From Verrucomicrobiota bacterium (GTDB taxonomy: Bacteria; Verrucomicrobiota; Verrucomicrobiia; Limisphaerales; JADJPG01): a DNA stretch of 64,000 nucleotides. Under the pieces are notes generated by a model. That model searched no databases. It saw only the letters and a program-made list of their open reading frames with translations, and had not been told where the DNA came from. The DNA lies in the NCBI GenBank assembly GCA_016713365.1, contig JADJPG010000007.1, positions 27,454 to 91,453 of the forward strand, in the 5' to 3' direction. Positions 1 to 9,342 of this stretch are shown one piece after another. The position numbers and the translations under genes are program-made. Numbering within the stretch: the first letter of the stretch is position 1; every line of letters starts with the position of its first letter.

Positions 1-1405
1 AACCCAACGGCCGCGCCCCACTCACTCCATTGTCCGTCAGCGTCAGACTGGTCATGCCATTGGTAGGGATCCAGGCATACGTGCCGGGGAAAATCGTGAA
101 GCCACCGGACAATGCGCGGGCGAGATTCAACCTCCCGCCAGTGACGCACTTCCCCGAGAAATCGGGAACTTTGTCGACCGTCCCAAGAACACGATTCACC
201 ACCTGCTGCGCGGTCAAATGGGGAAACTTCGCGAGAATCAAAGCCGCCGCACCAGCGACACACGGCGTGGCCATCGACGTGCCGCTCATCAAATAGTAAT
301 CCGAGTCCGAGCGGTAATAGGTGGACAAGATATCGAATCCTGGCGCAGCGAGATCGATGGTCGTAGCACCGTAATTGTAGCCGAGATAGGTATCGCTGCG
401 GCTCGAAGCCATCACCGAAATGATGTTATCAATCGCGAAACAGGCGGGGTAACGCGGCGCGAGGTCGGTATCCAATCCAGTATTACCTGCTGCCGCCACC
501 ACCACCACACCCGCCTCTCGCAAGTTCCAGAATGCATTCGACAGCGCGGTATTGATCGGCCCCGGAGTTTCGAAGCTGCAATTCACCACCTTCGCGCCGT
601 TGGTGCGTGCGTAGTTCAAACACTCGATCAAATCGGAAGCGTAACCGTTACCGAAGTTGTCGAGAAACCGGCAGGTCATGAGACGGGTGCTCCACGCCAC
701 GCCACTGACCCCGAGCGCGTTATTCCCCACGGCTCCCAAAATACCCGCCACGTGCGTGCCGTGGCCGAAATAGTCCGTGAGATTTCCGGAGGGCGTCGGA
801 CCCGTGGAGTTCAGTCCGTGGACGTCATCAATGGCGCCATTCCCATCATCATCGATGCCATTGCCACGAATCTCCCCCGGATTCACCCAGAGGTTGGCCG
901 CGATGTCCTGATGCGTGACGCGCAACCCGGAATCGACGACCGCGACAATGACGTTGCTTGCTGAATTGAGATTGCTCCAAGCCTCCACCGCATCCATGTC
1001 GGCGTCGAACACACCGCCGCTCTGGCCGAAATTGTTCAAATGCCACTGGTCGCCGTTGGCCACGCGCGGGTCATTCGGCTGCGCGCACGCCGTCAGCACC
1101 ACATCCAAGTCGGCCGACTCCACCTCGCCGCTTTGACGGTATCGGGCCACCATTTCCGCAGCCGAAACGCCCGGTGGCAGTTCGATCACCTGAATGTTTC
1201 CCATGCCAGGAAAAGACTTCTTCAGTCGCGCCTTGTGCCGGGCATGAAGCGTATTGACCATGGCACTGCGACCCTGCTTCGGAACGATGAGAATGCGATC
1301 CTCACGGTGAGCTGGACCATCCTTGAGCCGGACGATGCGGGGCGACTGCGCCACGGCATCGGACAAAACACCGATCAAGCCGAGGCAAATCGCCACCCAG
1401 CGCAT
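1..1405 (-). CDS. S8 family serine peptidase (subtilase) with signal peptide and inhibitor-I9 propeptide. The C-terminal part runs off the window start (partial).
   Basis: Minus-strand translation from the ATG at 1405 reads MRWVAICLGLIGVLSDAVAQ (signal peptide), then a propeptide, then subtilase motifs DSG, HGTHVAG and the GTSMATP catalytic Ser near the window start. The reading frame is continuous to position 1. Confidence 0.85.
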   Translation of the reverse strand, partial: MRWVAICLGLIGVLSDAVAQSPRIVRLKDGPAHREDRILIVPKQGRSAMVNTLHARHKARLKKSFPGMGNIQVIELPPGVSAAEMVARYRQSGEVESADLDVVLTACAQPNDPRVANGDQWHLNNFGQSGGVFDADMDAVEAWSNLNSASNVIVAVVDSGLRVTHQDIAANLWVNPGEIRGNGIDDDGNGAIDDVHGLNSTGPTPSGNLTDYFGHGTHVAGILGAVGNNALGVSGVAWSTRLMTCRFLDNFGNGYASDLIECLNYARTNGAKVVNCSFETPGPINTALSNAFWNLREAGVVVVAAAGNTGLDTDLAPRYPACFAIDNIISVMASSRSDTYLGYNYGATTIDLAAPGFDILSTYYRSDSDYYLMSGTSMATPCVAGAAALILAKFPHLTAQQVVNRVLGTVDKVPDFSGKCVTGGRLNLARALSGGFTIFPGTYAWIPTNGMTSLTLTDNGVSGARPLG

Positions 1406-1494
1406 CTGAAAATATTTTACCGACAATTTGCTTGGCATTTACTGAGCACGAATCTAACACAGTCCCGTTCTTTGAAAACGACCGGATGCGAATG

Positions 1495-1690
1495 CGTGTC
1501 CGGCAAAGATGCAGCTCAACGTCAGGGAACCCCGTGGAAATCGGGGACGGTTGCGCCACTGTAACGGGATACAAGTTTCACCCGCGGCAGGCCGCTTTGG
1601 AAGCGGCTGCCATTGGGAAACGCCACTGATGCTAAACCATCGGGAAGGCAGGAACAAGGCTTAAGCCCGGAGTCAGGATACCGGTTGAAC
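1495..1690 (+). promoter_or_regulatory. Candidate cobalamin (AdoCbl) riboswitch in the 5' leader of the 1901-4469 operon.
   Basis: Conserved B12-element blocks appear in canonical order: GGGAAccccGTGGAAATC (1525-1542), GCGCCACTGTAACGGG (1553-1568), a variable P6-like hairpin GGCAGGCCGCTTtggAAGCGGCTGCC (1587-1612), and the B12-box-like AGTCAGGATACCGG (1671-1684). Downstream, GGCACTG (1842-1848) can pair with CAGTGCC (1888-1894), which lies immediately before the ATG at 1901 and could sequester the RBS. Confidence 0.5.
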
Positions 1691-1900
1691 TGCGCTCGTC
1701 AGGGTGTGTCGTCATGACCCGCCCGACTTCTCCGTCAAAGAGAAGGATGAGGCCAGAGCCCGCTGATCTGTTTTCGGCGGGATTCGTCGAATGCCTTCAT
1801 TCTCCGTTTTGTCGGGGGTGAAGGGTTTTCATTTTCACCCCGGCACTGGTCCTCGAAACCAAACCCGTCCGTATGGGCGGGAAACCGAAAGATCAGTGCC

Positions 1901-2677
1901 ATGAAAAAGTCCTGTCTCCTGCTGCTGGCCATTGCCAGCCTTGCTTCCACCTCCACCACCCACGCAGCGCCCGGCGACCGGGTCGTCAGCTACGACCCCG
2001 GCGTCGGCTACACTCCGAACTTCACTCACCCGAGAGTCGTGCTCGGCGAACCGTCCCGGGTGAATCCCTTCGGCGAAGCCACCGACCCGTTCAACCCAGC
2101 CTACGGCACCAATCAGGTGCTCTCCATTGGCGCAGGCGGCTCCCTGGTGGTCCGGTTGCAAAAGCCGATTCTCAATCACCCGCGCAACATCGACGGGCTG
2201 GATTTCACCATCTTCGGCAACTCCGGCTTCATCATCACCAACGAGTTCGACCTGACCACCTATGAATGGATCGGCATTCCAGCGACCGACAGCTCGCTCT
2301 TCGGCGAAAGCACCGGCGAAACGCGCGTCTCTGTGAGCTTCAACGGAAAGCATTTCTACACGCTCAACCCCGCCTACAACCCGACTGTCGACAGCTTCCC
2401 GCCGACGGATGCCGCGGGCGATTTCCGCATCCCGGTCGATCCCAAGCTCTCCGTCGAAAACTTTGCCGGAGCGACTTTGGAAGACATTCGTGACCTCTAC
2501 GACGGCTCTGGTGGTGGCGCCAGCTACGACATCTCCTGGGCCGTCGATGCCCGTGGCCGACGCGTCTGGCTCCCGATGGTTCGCTACATCCGCATCGACG
2601 TGATCAGTGGCAAAGCCGAGATCGACGCATTCTCCGCCGTCGCCCGCACGCCGCATTGGCGGAAGGGAAAGAAGTAA
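1901..2677 (+). CDS. Secreted hypothetical protein with signal peptide; first gene downstream of the putative B12 riboswitch.
   Basis: Signal peptide MKKSCLLLLAIASLASTSTTHA. Genome-typical GC3-rich codon usage and no internal stops. No recognisable family motif. Confidence 0.7.
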   Translation: MKKSCLLLLAIASLASTSTTHAAPGDRVVSYDPGVGYTPNFTHPRVVLGEPSRVNPFGEATDPFNPAYGTNQVLSIGAGGSLVVRLQKPILNHPRNIDGLDFTIFGNSGFIITNEFDLTTYEWIGIPATDSSLFGESTGETRVSVSFNGKHFYTLNPAYNPTVDSFPPTDAAGDFRIPVDPKLSVENFAGATLEDIRDLYDGSGGGASYDISWAVDARGRRVWLPMVRYIRIDVISGKAEIDAFSAVARTPHWRKGKK

Positions 2678-2715
2678 CTCGCATCAACCTCGCGACCACC
2701 TTGCAAACGCCCGCA

Positions 2716-3717
2716 ATGCTCTCCCGCTTCTGCATTGCCCTTCTGTTGACCGCCGCCCTGCCCGTCGGGGCGGCGGTCATCGAGGAAGACTTTGCCACCG
2801 ACCCTCTCGCGCGCGGCTGGCGCGTCTTCGGCGACAGCTCGTTGTTCCGCTGGAACGCATCGAATCAGAATCTCGACGTGACTTGGGATTCCTCCCGCAC
2901 GAACAGTTTTCTCCACCTGCCCCTCGGGACCATCCTCGGCAAGTCCGACAATTTCAGCGTCAGCTTTGAAGTCCGGCTCAGCGACATCCGCCTCGGCAAC
3001 ACGCCGGGCAAGACCAACGAATTCCAGATCGCCATCGGCCTGATTCACTACGCCAGCGCGATTCGAACGAATCACTACGCCGGCGCCGGCGTCAGCACCG
3101 CCTACGGCGTACGGAACGTCGTCGAGTTCGACTACTTTCCCGACGCCGGCTTCGGAGAGACATTCACCAGCGTGGTCGTTTCCACCAACAACCGGATCTA
3201 CCCCGTGCACAATTTCCCGCTGAAGATGACCACGGGTGACACCTTTCGAATCACGCTCACCTACACCGCGGCGGACCAAACCCTCCGCACCACCGCCACC
3301 AGGAACGGCGCGCCGTTTGGCCCATCGCCTGGTAATGCATTCGCGGAACTTTCCCTCACCGGCAAAAGTGACTTCCGTGTCGATTCCTTTGCCATCACCA
3401 GTTACAGCGATGCCATTCAGGCTGGCCCGCCACAGTTCCACGGCTCCATTCTCGCCCGCGGCACCGTCGATAACATCCGCCTCACCCTGCCCCCGCCAGC
3501 CGTCGCTCAATTCGAACTCTCCCTCGCGAACGCCACGTGTCAGGCGGAGCTCAATACCGTTCCCAACTGGCTCTACACGCTCGAACGCAGCCACAGCCTC
3601 GGCCAGTGGATCGCCGTCTCCGAAACCGTCACCGGAACTGGAGCTCGTTTGCTCCTCATCGATTCTCAACCTTCTGCCGATCACTCCTTCTACCGCGTTC
3701 GCGCGGAACGACCATGA
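2716..3717 (+). CDS. Secreted hypothetical protein with signal peptide and a C-terminal FYRVR module.
   Basis: ORF 2656-3717. The likely start is the ATG at 2716 ([21 protein letters not shown], a signal peptide). The protein ends ...[22 protein letters not shown], a module shared with other secreted proteins in this window. Its stop overlaps the start of the next gene. Confidence 0.65.
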   Translation: MLSRFCIALLLTAALPVGAAVIEEDFATDPLARGWRVFGDSSLFRWNASNQNLDVTWDSSRTNSFLHLPLGTILGKSDNFSVSFEVRLSDIRLGNTPGKTNEFQIAIGLIHYASAIRTNHYAGAGVSTAYGVRNVVEFDYFPDAGFGETFTSVVVSTNNRIYPVHNFPLKMTTGDTFRITLTYTAADQTLRTTATRNGAPFGPSPGNAFAELSLTGKSDFRVDSFAITSYSDAIQAGPPQFHGSILARGTVDNIRLTLPPPAVAQFELSLANATCQAELNTVPNWLYTLERSHSLGQWIAVSETVTGTGARLLLIDSQPSADHSFYRVRAERP

Positions 3718-4469
3718 ACTCCCCTGCCCCACTCGCTCGACGCCGAACCACCCGGGCGTTCAGCCTCGTCGAACTGCTCGTGGTCATCGCCGTCGTCGGA
3801 ATTCTCGGTGCCCTGCTCCTGCCAGCGTTGAGTCAGGGCAAGGCCGCCGCCCGTCGCATCCAATGCATCGACAATCTGCGGCAGCTTGGCCTCGCCACCC
3901 AGATGTATTGGGATGAGAACGAAGACTTCACCTTCCGCTACCAAATCGGCGCCACCAATGGCGGACGTCTCTACTGGTTCGGCTGGATCAAGCCCGGCGC
4001 CGAAGGCCAGCGCGAATTCGATCCCACTCAAGGCGCGCTCTACCCGTTCCTCCAAAGCAGCGGCGTCGAAATCTGTCCCTCGCTCGACTACAACAACGCC
4101 CTCTACAAGTACAAGGCCCGCGGCGCAGCTTACGGCTACGGCTACAACCTCAACCTCGGCGAAACCTCCATCAACACCAGCCGCATCTCACAGCCTTCCG
4201 AAACCGTCCTTATGGCGGACGCCGCCCAGGTGAACGACTTCCAGGCACCGGCGTCACCCGACAGCCCGATGCTCGAAGAATTCTACTACGTCGACGCCGA
4301 TGACGGCGGCGGCTATCCGAACGCGCACTTCCGCCACCAGAAACAGGCGAACGTCCTCTTCGCCGACGGCCACGTTGACCGTGAGAAGCCAGTGCCCGAC
4401 TCGATCGACCCGCGGCTCCCCAGCCAGTCCATCGGCTGGCTGCGCCCGGAAATCCTGAAACTTCGCTGA
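3714..4469 (+). CDS. Prepilin-type N-terminal cleavage/methylation domain protein of the DUF1559 family (pseudopilin-like).
   Basis: N-terminus [26 protein letters not shown] is a class III signal with a hydrophobic helix. The C-terminal [17 protein letters not shown] motif is typical of DUF1559 proteins in Planctomycetes and Verrucomicrobia. The ATG at 3714 overlaps the upstream stop. Confidence 0.85.
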   Translation: MNSPAPLARRRTTRAFSLVELLVVIAVVGILGALLLPALSQGKAAARRIQCIDNLRQLGLATQMYWDENEDFTFRYQIGATNGGRLYWFGWIKPGAEGQREFDPTQGALYPFLQSSGVEICPSLDYNNALYKYKARGAAYGYGYNLNLGETSINTSRISQPSETVLMADAAQVNDFQAPASPDSPMLEEFYYVDADDGGGYPNAHFRHQKQANVLFADGHVDREKPVPDSIDPRLPSQSIGWLRPEILKLR

Positions 4470-4631
4470 CGCAAACCGCGTTCGTCTCCGGTTCTACGCA
4501 CTACGCGACGCCGACCTCGTCGGAATCTCGCCCGCCGCAGAACCCGACCGCACGAGCCGATCGCTTCTCGATCAAACCTCGAGAACCTCGTTGCAAATCC
4601 GGTGCGCCGGGCAAAACTTCCGGCCGAGAAC

Positions 4632-5497
4632 TCCATGAAGATCCACACGCTTTCCCGGCGTTCCTTTGTCACGACTCTCGGCGCCGCCGCACTGGCCACC
4701 AGCGCATTCGCAGCCGCACCAGTCGCGCGCAAGAAGGTTCCCATCGGTCTTCAGATGTATTCCGTGCGCGACGACGAGAAGCGCGACCTGTTCGCCACGC
4801 TCAAAGGACTGCGCGAAATGGGCTACGAGTGCGTCGAGTTCTGGGCGCCTTACTTCGACTGGACACCCGCGCGCGCGAAAGAAGTGCGCAAGCAACTCGA
4901 TGATCTCGGCCTGCGCTGTTACTCGAATCACACCGGCGCGAAGCACTGCGCCGCGGACCACCAGCCGCACGCCATCGAGTTGAATCACATCCTCGGCAGC
5001 CGTTACGTCATCATGGCGCACGCAGGTCCGCAGGCGAACCTCGACGGCTGGAAGCGCACCGCCGGAAGTCTTGGACGATGATGCACGAGAAACTGAAGCC
5101 CGCCGGGCTCGGCTGCGCCTACCACAATTGGGACGTGGACTTCCGGCCCATTGAAGGCACGCGGCCCATCGACATCTTGACCGGCAACACGCCCAAAGAA
5201 GTCGCCTTCCAACTCGACGTGGCCACGTGTCTCGCCGCCGGCGCCGATCCGCTCCCGTTCATCAAGGCCAACGCCGGCCGCATCAAGACATATCACCTCA
5301 AGGACTGGTCCTCCGACCGCGAGAAACACTACCGCGTGCTGCTCGGCGAAGGCGTTGGCCCGTGGAAGGAACTGCTCGAACTCGCGGAGACCGTCGGCGG
5401 CGTGGAGCACTATCTGATCGAACAGGAAGGCAGCCGCTTCTCGCAGATGGAAACCGCGCGACGCTGTCTTGAGAATTTCAAAGGACTTAGGGGATAG
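4632..5497 (+). CDS. Sugar phosphate isomerase/epimerase (xylose isomerase-like TIM barrel) with a Tat signal. The gene is split by a frameshift near 5070-5080.
   Basis: Twin-arginine motif SRRSFVTTLGAAALA. ORFs 4602-5081 and 5078-5497 are consecutive halves of one AP-endonuclease-2/xylose-isomerase-like fold (...GYECVEFW... then ...HEKLKPAGLGCAYHNWDVDF...) in frames that differ by a single base. Confidence 0.75.
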
Positions 5498-5527
5498 TTT
5501 CGGAGCGCGACCTTCGTATTGCAAAGC

Positions 5528-5665
5528 CCCAGCGGGGCGGCATCTGTGTAGCGTCAAACGGCCGGATGAACTCGAGCTCCGTAGGAGCGGGATGGCTGAC
5601 GATGTCGCTCCTACGGAGCTTAAAGCATTGAACGGTGCAACATCTACAGAGATGCCGCGCCGCTG
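5528..5665. repeat. A 138-bp nested imperfect palindrome in the convergent gap between the isomerase and the methyltransferase gene. It is either a bidirectional terminator or a REP/MITE-like element.
   Basis: Outer arms CCAGCGGGGCGGCATCTGTGTAG (5528-5550) and CTACAGAGATGCCGCGCCGCTGG (5643-5665). Inner perfect 14-bp stem GCTCCGTAGGAGCG (5575-5588) pairs with CGCTCCTACGGAGC (5605-5618). Confidence 0.5.
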
Positions 5666-5734
5666 GCGCTCGGTTTCTCACACTCCTATCCCGAAGGGAT
5701 TGCGTCCCCCAGCCCAAGGTTGGCGCGCTGACGC

Positions 5735-6508
5735 CTACCTTGGTAACTTCATCGCCCGCGTAGCGATAAACACCGGCATGTAGTTGGCCAGGGCGCATTC
5801 GGGCCAGCCGTCTTCGTAGAGGCCGGTGAGGTGAAAGCCCGCTTCCAATTGCCCGCTCAGGAGCTGTTCCAGCGTGTGACCGAACACGAGCGGCTCGTCC
5901 TTGGCGATGAACCGGCCGCGTTCTTCCTCGGTCAAGCTGGCCACGTCCGAATACGGCAGGGTGTGGCGCACGCGGAGTTCGCCAGCCTCCAGCGCGAACG
6001 GATCGAAGATGAAGAAAGCCGGATTGAAGAAGCCAGCCAGCAGCGCGCCGCCGGGGCGCAGGACGCGAAAGGCTTCGCGCCACACGGGCCGGACATCGGG
6101 CACGAACATGTTCGAGCAGGGATGCACGACTAGATCGAAGCTCGCGTCGGGAAAAATCGAGAGGTCGGCCATGTCGCCCTGCACCGTGGCGAGGTCGAGG
6201 GATTCGCGCTCCGCGACGAGCCGATCTTGCGCGAGTTGCTTCGGGGATTGATCGAGCACGGTGACCTTTGCCCCGGCGGCGGCGAGCAGCGGCGCCTGTT
6301 GTCCACCGCCGGACGCCAGCGCGAGCACGTCGCGTCCGCGCAACTCACCGAGCCAGTCCGCCGGGACATGCTTCACCGGCGTAAGGAGGATCTCAACGAC
6401 TCCCGCGCGCGCCCGGGCGATTTCTCCAGCGCTGACGGGCACGGTCCAGCGGTTGCCTTTCTCGACCTGGCGATCCCAGGCGTGGCGGTTGTAGGCGCGT
6501 GCGTCCAT
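5735..6508 (-). CDS. Class I SAM-dependent methyltransferase.
   Basis: Motif I VLALASGGGQQAPLLAAAGAKVTVLD and motif post-II DLVVHPCSNMFV. Intact 257-aa ORF. Confidence 0.85.
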   Translation of the reverse strand: MDARAYNRHAWDRQVEKGNRWTVPVSAGEIARARAGVVEILLTPVKHVPADWLGELRGRDVLALASGGGQQAPLLAAAGAKVTVLDQSPKQLAQDRLVAERESLDLATVQGDMADLSIFPDASFDLVVHPCSNMFVPDVRPVWREAFRVLRPGGALLAGFFNPAFFIFDPFALEAGELRVRHTLPYSDVASLTEEERGRFIAKDEPLVFGHTLEQLLSGQLEAGFHLTGLYEDGWPECALANYMPVFIATRAMKLPR

Positions 6509-6524
6509 TTAGGTTCGTTCTCGG

Positions 6525-8170
6525 TTAAGGAGCTTCGTGTCGCTTGAGCAGTTCCACAATCTCGCTGTGCCCGCGCCGCGTTGCCCAGGCGAGCGGCGTG
6601 GCCCATGGCGGATCGTCGGGCAGGTTCGCCTTGGCGCCGCGATCGAGGAGGAATTTAACCATTTCGGTTCGCCCGAACTTCGCAGCCCAGCCCAGTGGCG
6701 TGGAGCAGAGGTCCTCATCGCGCGCATGCAGGTCCGCGCCGTGGTCAAGGAACCAGCCGGCTTTCTCAACGTCACCCTGGCCAGCGAGATGGTGCAGGGT
6801 GGTGATGCCGAGCCAATCGGCAGCGTTGGCGTTCATGCCGTGCTGGAAGAGGAGTTCGTTCAACTCGCGCGTCTTCGCGCCAACGGACCAACCGGGAAAC
6901 TCGACGCGGCGCGGGAGGTCGGGCTGATAACGCAGCATCAGGCGCACGAAGGCGTCTTTGCCTTCACCCGCCGCATTGGCCAGCGCGTCGGGATCGTTGG
7001 CGAGCGCGGGGTTCGCAGCAAAGACCGCCGCCGCAGTGAGCACATCGCCGCTGTAGGCCAGCAAGTGCACTCCACGCGCCGCACCGTGAGAACAGAGGAG
7101 TTCCACCATTTCGTGGTTGGGCTTCGTGGAATAGCCCGCGCTGGACATCGCCGCGCTCAACGTGTCAGCGGAGCTTTCGATCTCCACGTTGGGATGCGCG
7201 CCATGGGCGAGGAGGAGTTTGACGATCTCAATGTGACCGCGGACCACGGCGGAGTGCAGCGCGTGACCGCGCGGCGCAATGCCTTCTTCGGGCAGATTCG
7301 GATCCGCGCCACGCTCCAGCAGGAGCCGGACGATTTCGATGTGACCACCAGCGGCGGCGTTGCGCAATAGCGTGCCGGAGCAGGCGTAGTAGGACACAAC
7401 CTCCGAGGCACGATTGGCGAGCGAGGATCTTGATCGCACAACTCGCGAACGCGGTTCACGTCGCCGAACCACGCTGCGGTGCAGATATCGCAGAACGCGC
7501 CGCGCTGGCGCAGATGTTCGTAAACCTCGCGTGGTGTGGGCGCGGTGTCCTTAGGAACTCGGTCCCAGCCGCGATAATGGTAGTCGCCATTGTTCAGGTG
7601 AATGGGCTGTGCGCCATCGCAACGGCGGGCATTGATGTCCGCGCCGCGCTGGAGCAGCTCGTCGATGAGATCGATCTGACGCGTCATCGTGGCCCAGTGA
7701 ATGGGCTGATTGGATCGCAGGTCGCCGGCGTGGAGCAGTTCGGGCGAGGCATCGAGAAGGCTGCGCATCGTTGGGGCATCGCGCTGACGGATGGCTTCGG
7801 CGACAGGTTCACCCTTGGGCGAGATGTTGTGAAGGGTCGCCAGCTTAGTCGTAAGCAACGATTCCATCTCCGCATAGCCGCGATCGCGGGCGATTTCGAT
7901 GAGGGAGTCATTTACCGCAAAGCCGATGGGATTCTTATCGCGCTCCAAGAGGAACCCGACGACGGCGAGGCGATTCTCTCGCACGGCGAAATAGAGCGGC
8001 TTGCGGTAGGCGTGCTGGCAGCGCGCGAGCGAAGGATCCTTGCTGAACAGTCGCTGGACCGTCGCCACGTCTCCGGCAATGCACGCGCAGAACAGTTCCC
8101 AGACATCCGTGCCGATGCCGCTGGACCACACCAGCGGTTCACTTTTCTTCAGCTCGTCGGGCTGGGTCAT
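6525..8170 (-). CDS. Ankyrin repeat protein with an apparent frameshift near 7400-7440.
   Basis: ORFs 7157-8170 and 6525-7472 (minus) both contain ankyrin repeats (e.g. GHIEIVRLLLERGADPNL, TPLAWATRRGHSEIVELL). They overlap in different frames, and sensible ankyrin sequence switches frame around 7420. Confidence 0.75.
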
Positions 8171-8305
8171 GGGAGGAAGGGCAAGCTTGGTTGCATCATT
8201 CAGTGCGTGACGGAATGCCCTGAATGACGCCGGGCCGAGCTACGGTTGGCAACTGGTTTCTATGCGAATGTGGGATCGACTTTACGCCTCCGTCCCATCG
8301 ACTCG

Positions 8306-8347
8306 GAAAAACAAAACAGGCGCTGAGTGAGTCACTCAGCGCCTGTT
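8306..8347 (-). terminator. Rho-independent terminator downstream of the EF-hand gene.
   Basis: On the minus strand, hairpin GAACAGGCGCTGAGTGAC/GTCACTCAGCGCCTGTT is followed by TTTGTTTTT, immediately 3' of the stop at 8366. Confidence 0.6.
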
Positions 8348-8365
8348 CGCTTCCAGCGGAAAGGA

Positions 8366-8764
8366 TTATTTCTTGTCGGACGGAGGGGCGGGCGGGGTCG
8401 GCTTGGGAGCGCCGGGACCGCCATCCGCCTGGCGCTTCTTCAGCAGCTCATCGCGCTCTTTCTTGCGCTCTTCCATCATGGCTTGGCGCTCGGTCTCGTC
8501 GAGTTTGCCGTCGCCATTCTTGTCGTACTTCTTCATCAGCTTGTTGCGCCGATCGTCTCTCAGCGCCTTGTTTTCCGCTTCGTCGAGGATGCCATCCCCG
8601 TTTTTGTCGTACTTCTTGAAAGCTTCCGGAATGGGGCGACGGACACCGGCTGGAGGAGCGCCCGGGGGGACGGACGGCTTGGGCTTGGGGTCACCTTCCG
8701 CTGCTATGGCCGCCATTGCGCCAAGGCTGAACGCGAGCGTCATGGCAAATATCGATTTCATCAT
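8366..8764 (-). CDS. Secreted EF-hand calcium-binding protein.
   Basis: Signal peptide MMKSIFAMTLAFSLGAMAAIAA. Two canonical EF-hand loops, DKNGDGILDEAE and DKNGDGKLDETE. Confidence 0.85.
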   Translation of the reverse strand: MMKSIFAMTLAFSLGAMAAIAAEGDPKPKPSVPPGAPPAGVRRPIPEAFKKYDKNGDGILDEAENKALRDDRRNKLMKKYDKNGDGKLDETERQAMMEERKKERDELLKKRQADGGPGAPKPTPPAPPSDKK

Positions 8765-9342
8765 GTTTCTCTGGTTATGTTGTTATTCGTTTCACCGCAC
8801 CTGTTCATCGGCCCGGAACCGGACCCTCACAAGTCGAGTGTTCTAGGACCGCTACGACTGGGATGGCGGTGAATGAGGAGAACCTACAAGAACCCATCGC
8901 CACCTGTCAAAGCCCCGCAATCCACCGCCCCGGTCAGGAGGCTGCGCTGTTCCCCGCTGCTCTCTCCTTGGCGCATGGCTTGAGCAGGATCGCCGTGTCT
9001 CTCAAAAGAAGCGCATCTCGATTTGTCCCCGGGCCGGGTTTGATTTCAAAGGGTTCTTCATCCACCCAGTGGCAGTGAAGTTTATGTATCGCGACAGGCG
9101 TTTTCGTCGGTTCAGTCATGAATTGAGGTTTGATCACGCTGGACCACCTGGCGGTCGTCACACGCGTTTCGAAACTTGGCAAAGTCATCGGCACTGCGTC
9201 CAGGCGAGTTAAACCGCCCGTAACGAGTCGTCGAGATCTCGCGTCGCCAACCACTTTCCCACTGGGCGTCATACGCCCATCGCTCGATTCGTGCCGATAT
9301 GAAATCGTCGTCAGGCACACATCGAACAAGAGCCCGACAACC

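Noticed and set aside
218-1564. Plus-strand ORFs 218-964 (248 aa) and 1040-1564 (174 aa).
   Set aside because: They are antisense to the clearly conserved S8 subtilase CDS on the minus strand. The sequence is Arg/His-rich and low-complexity, typical of spurious ORFs in high-GC DNA.
2584-3732. Minus-strand 382-aa ORF.
   Set aside because: Antisense to the two secreted-protein genes. Gly/Arg/Ala-rich, with no motifs.
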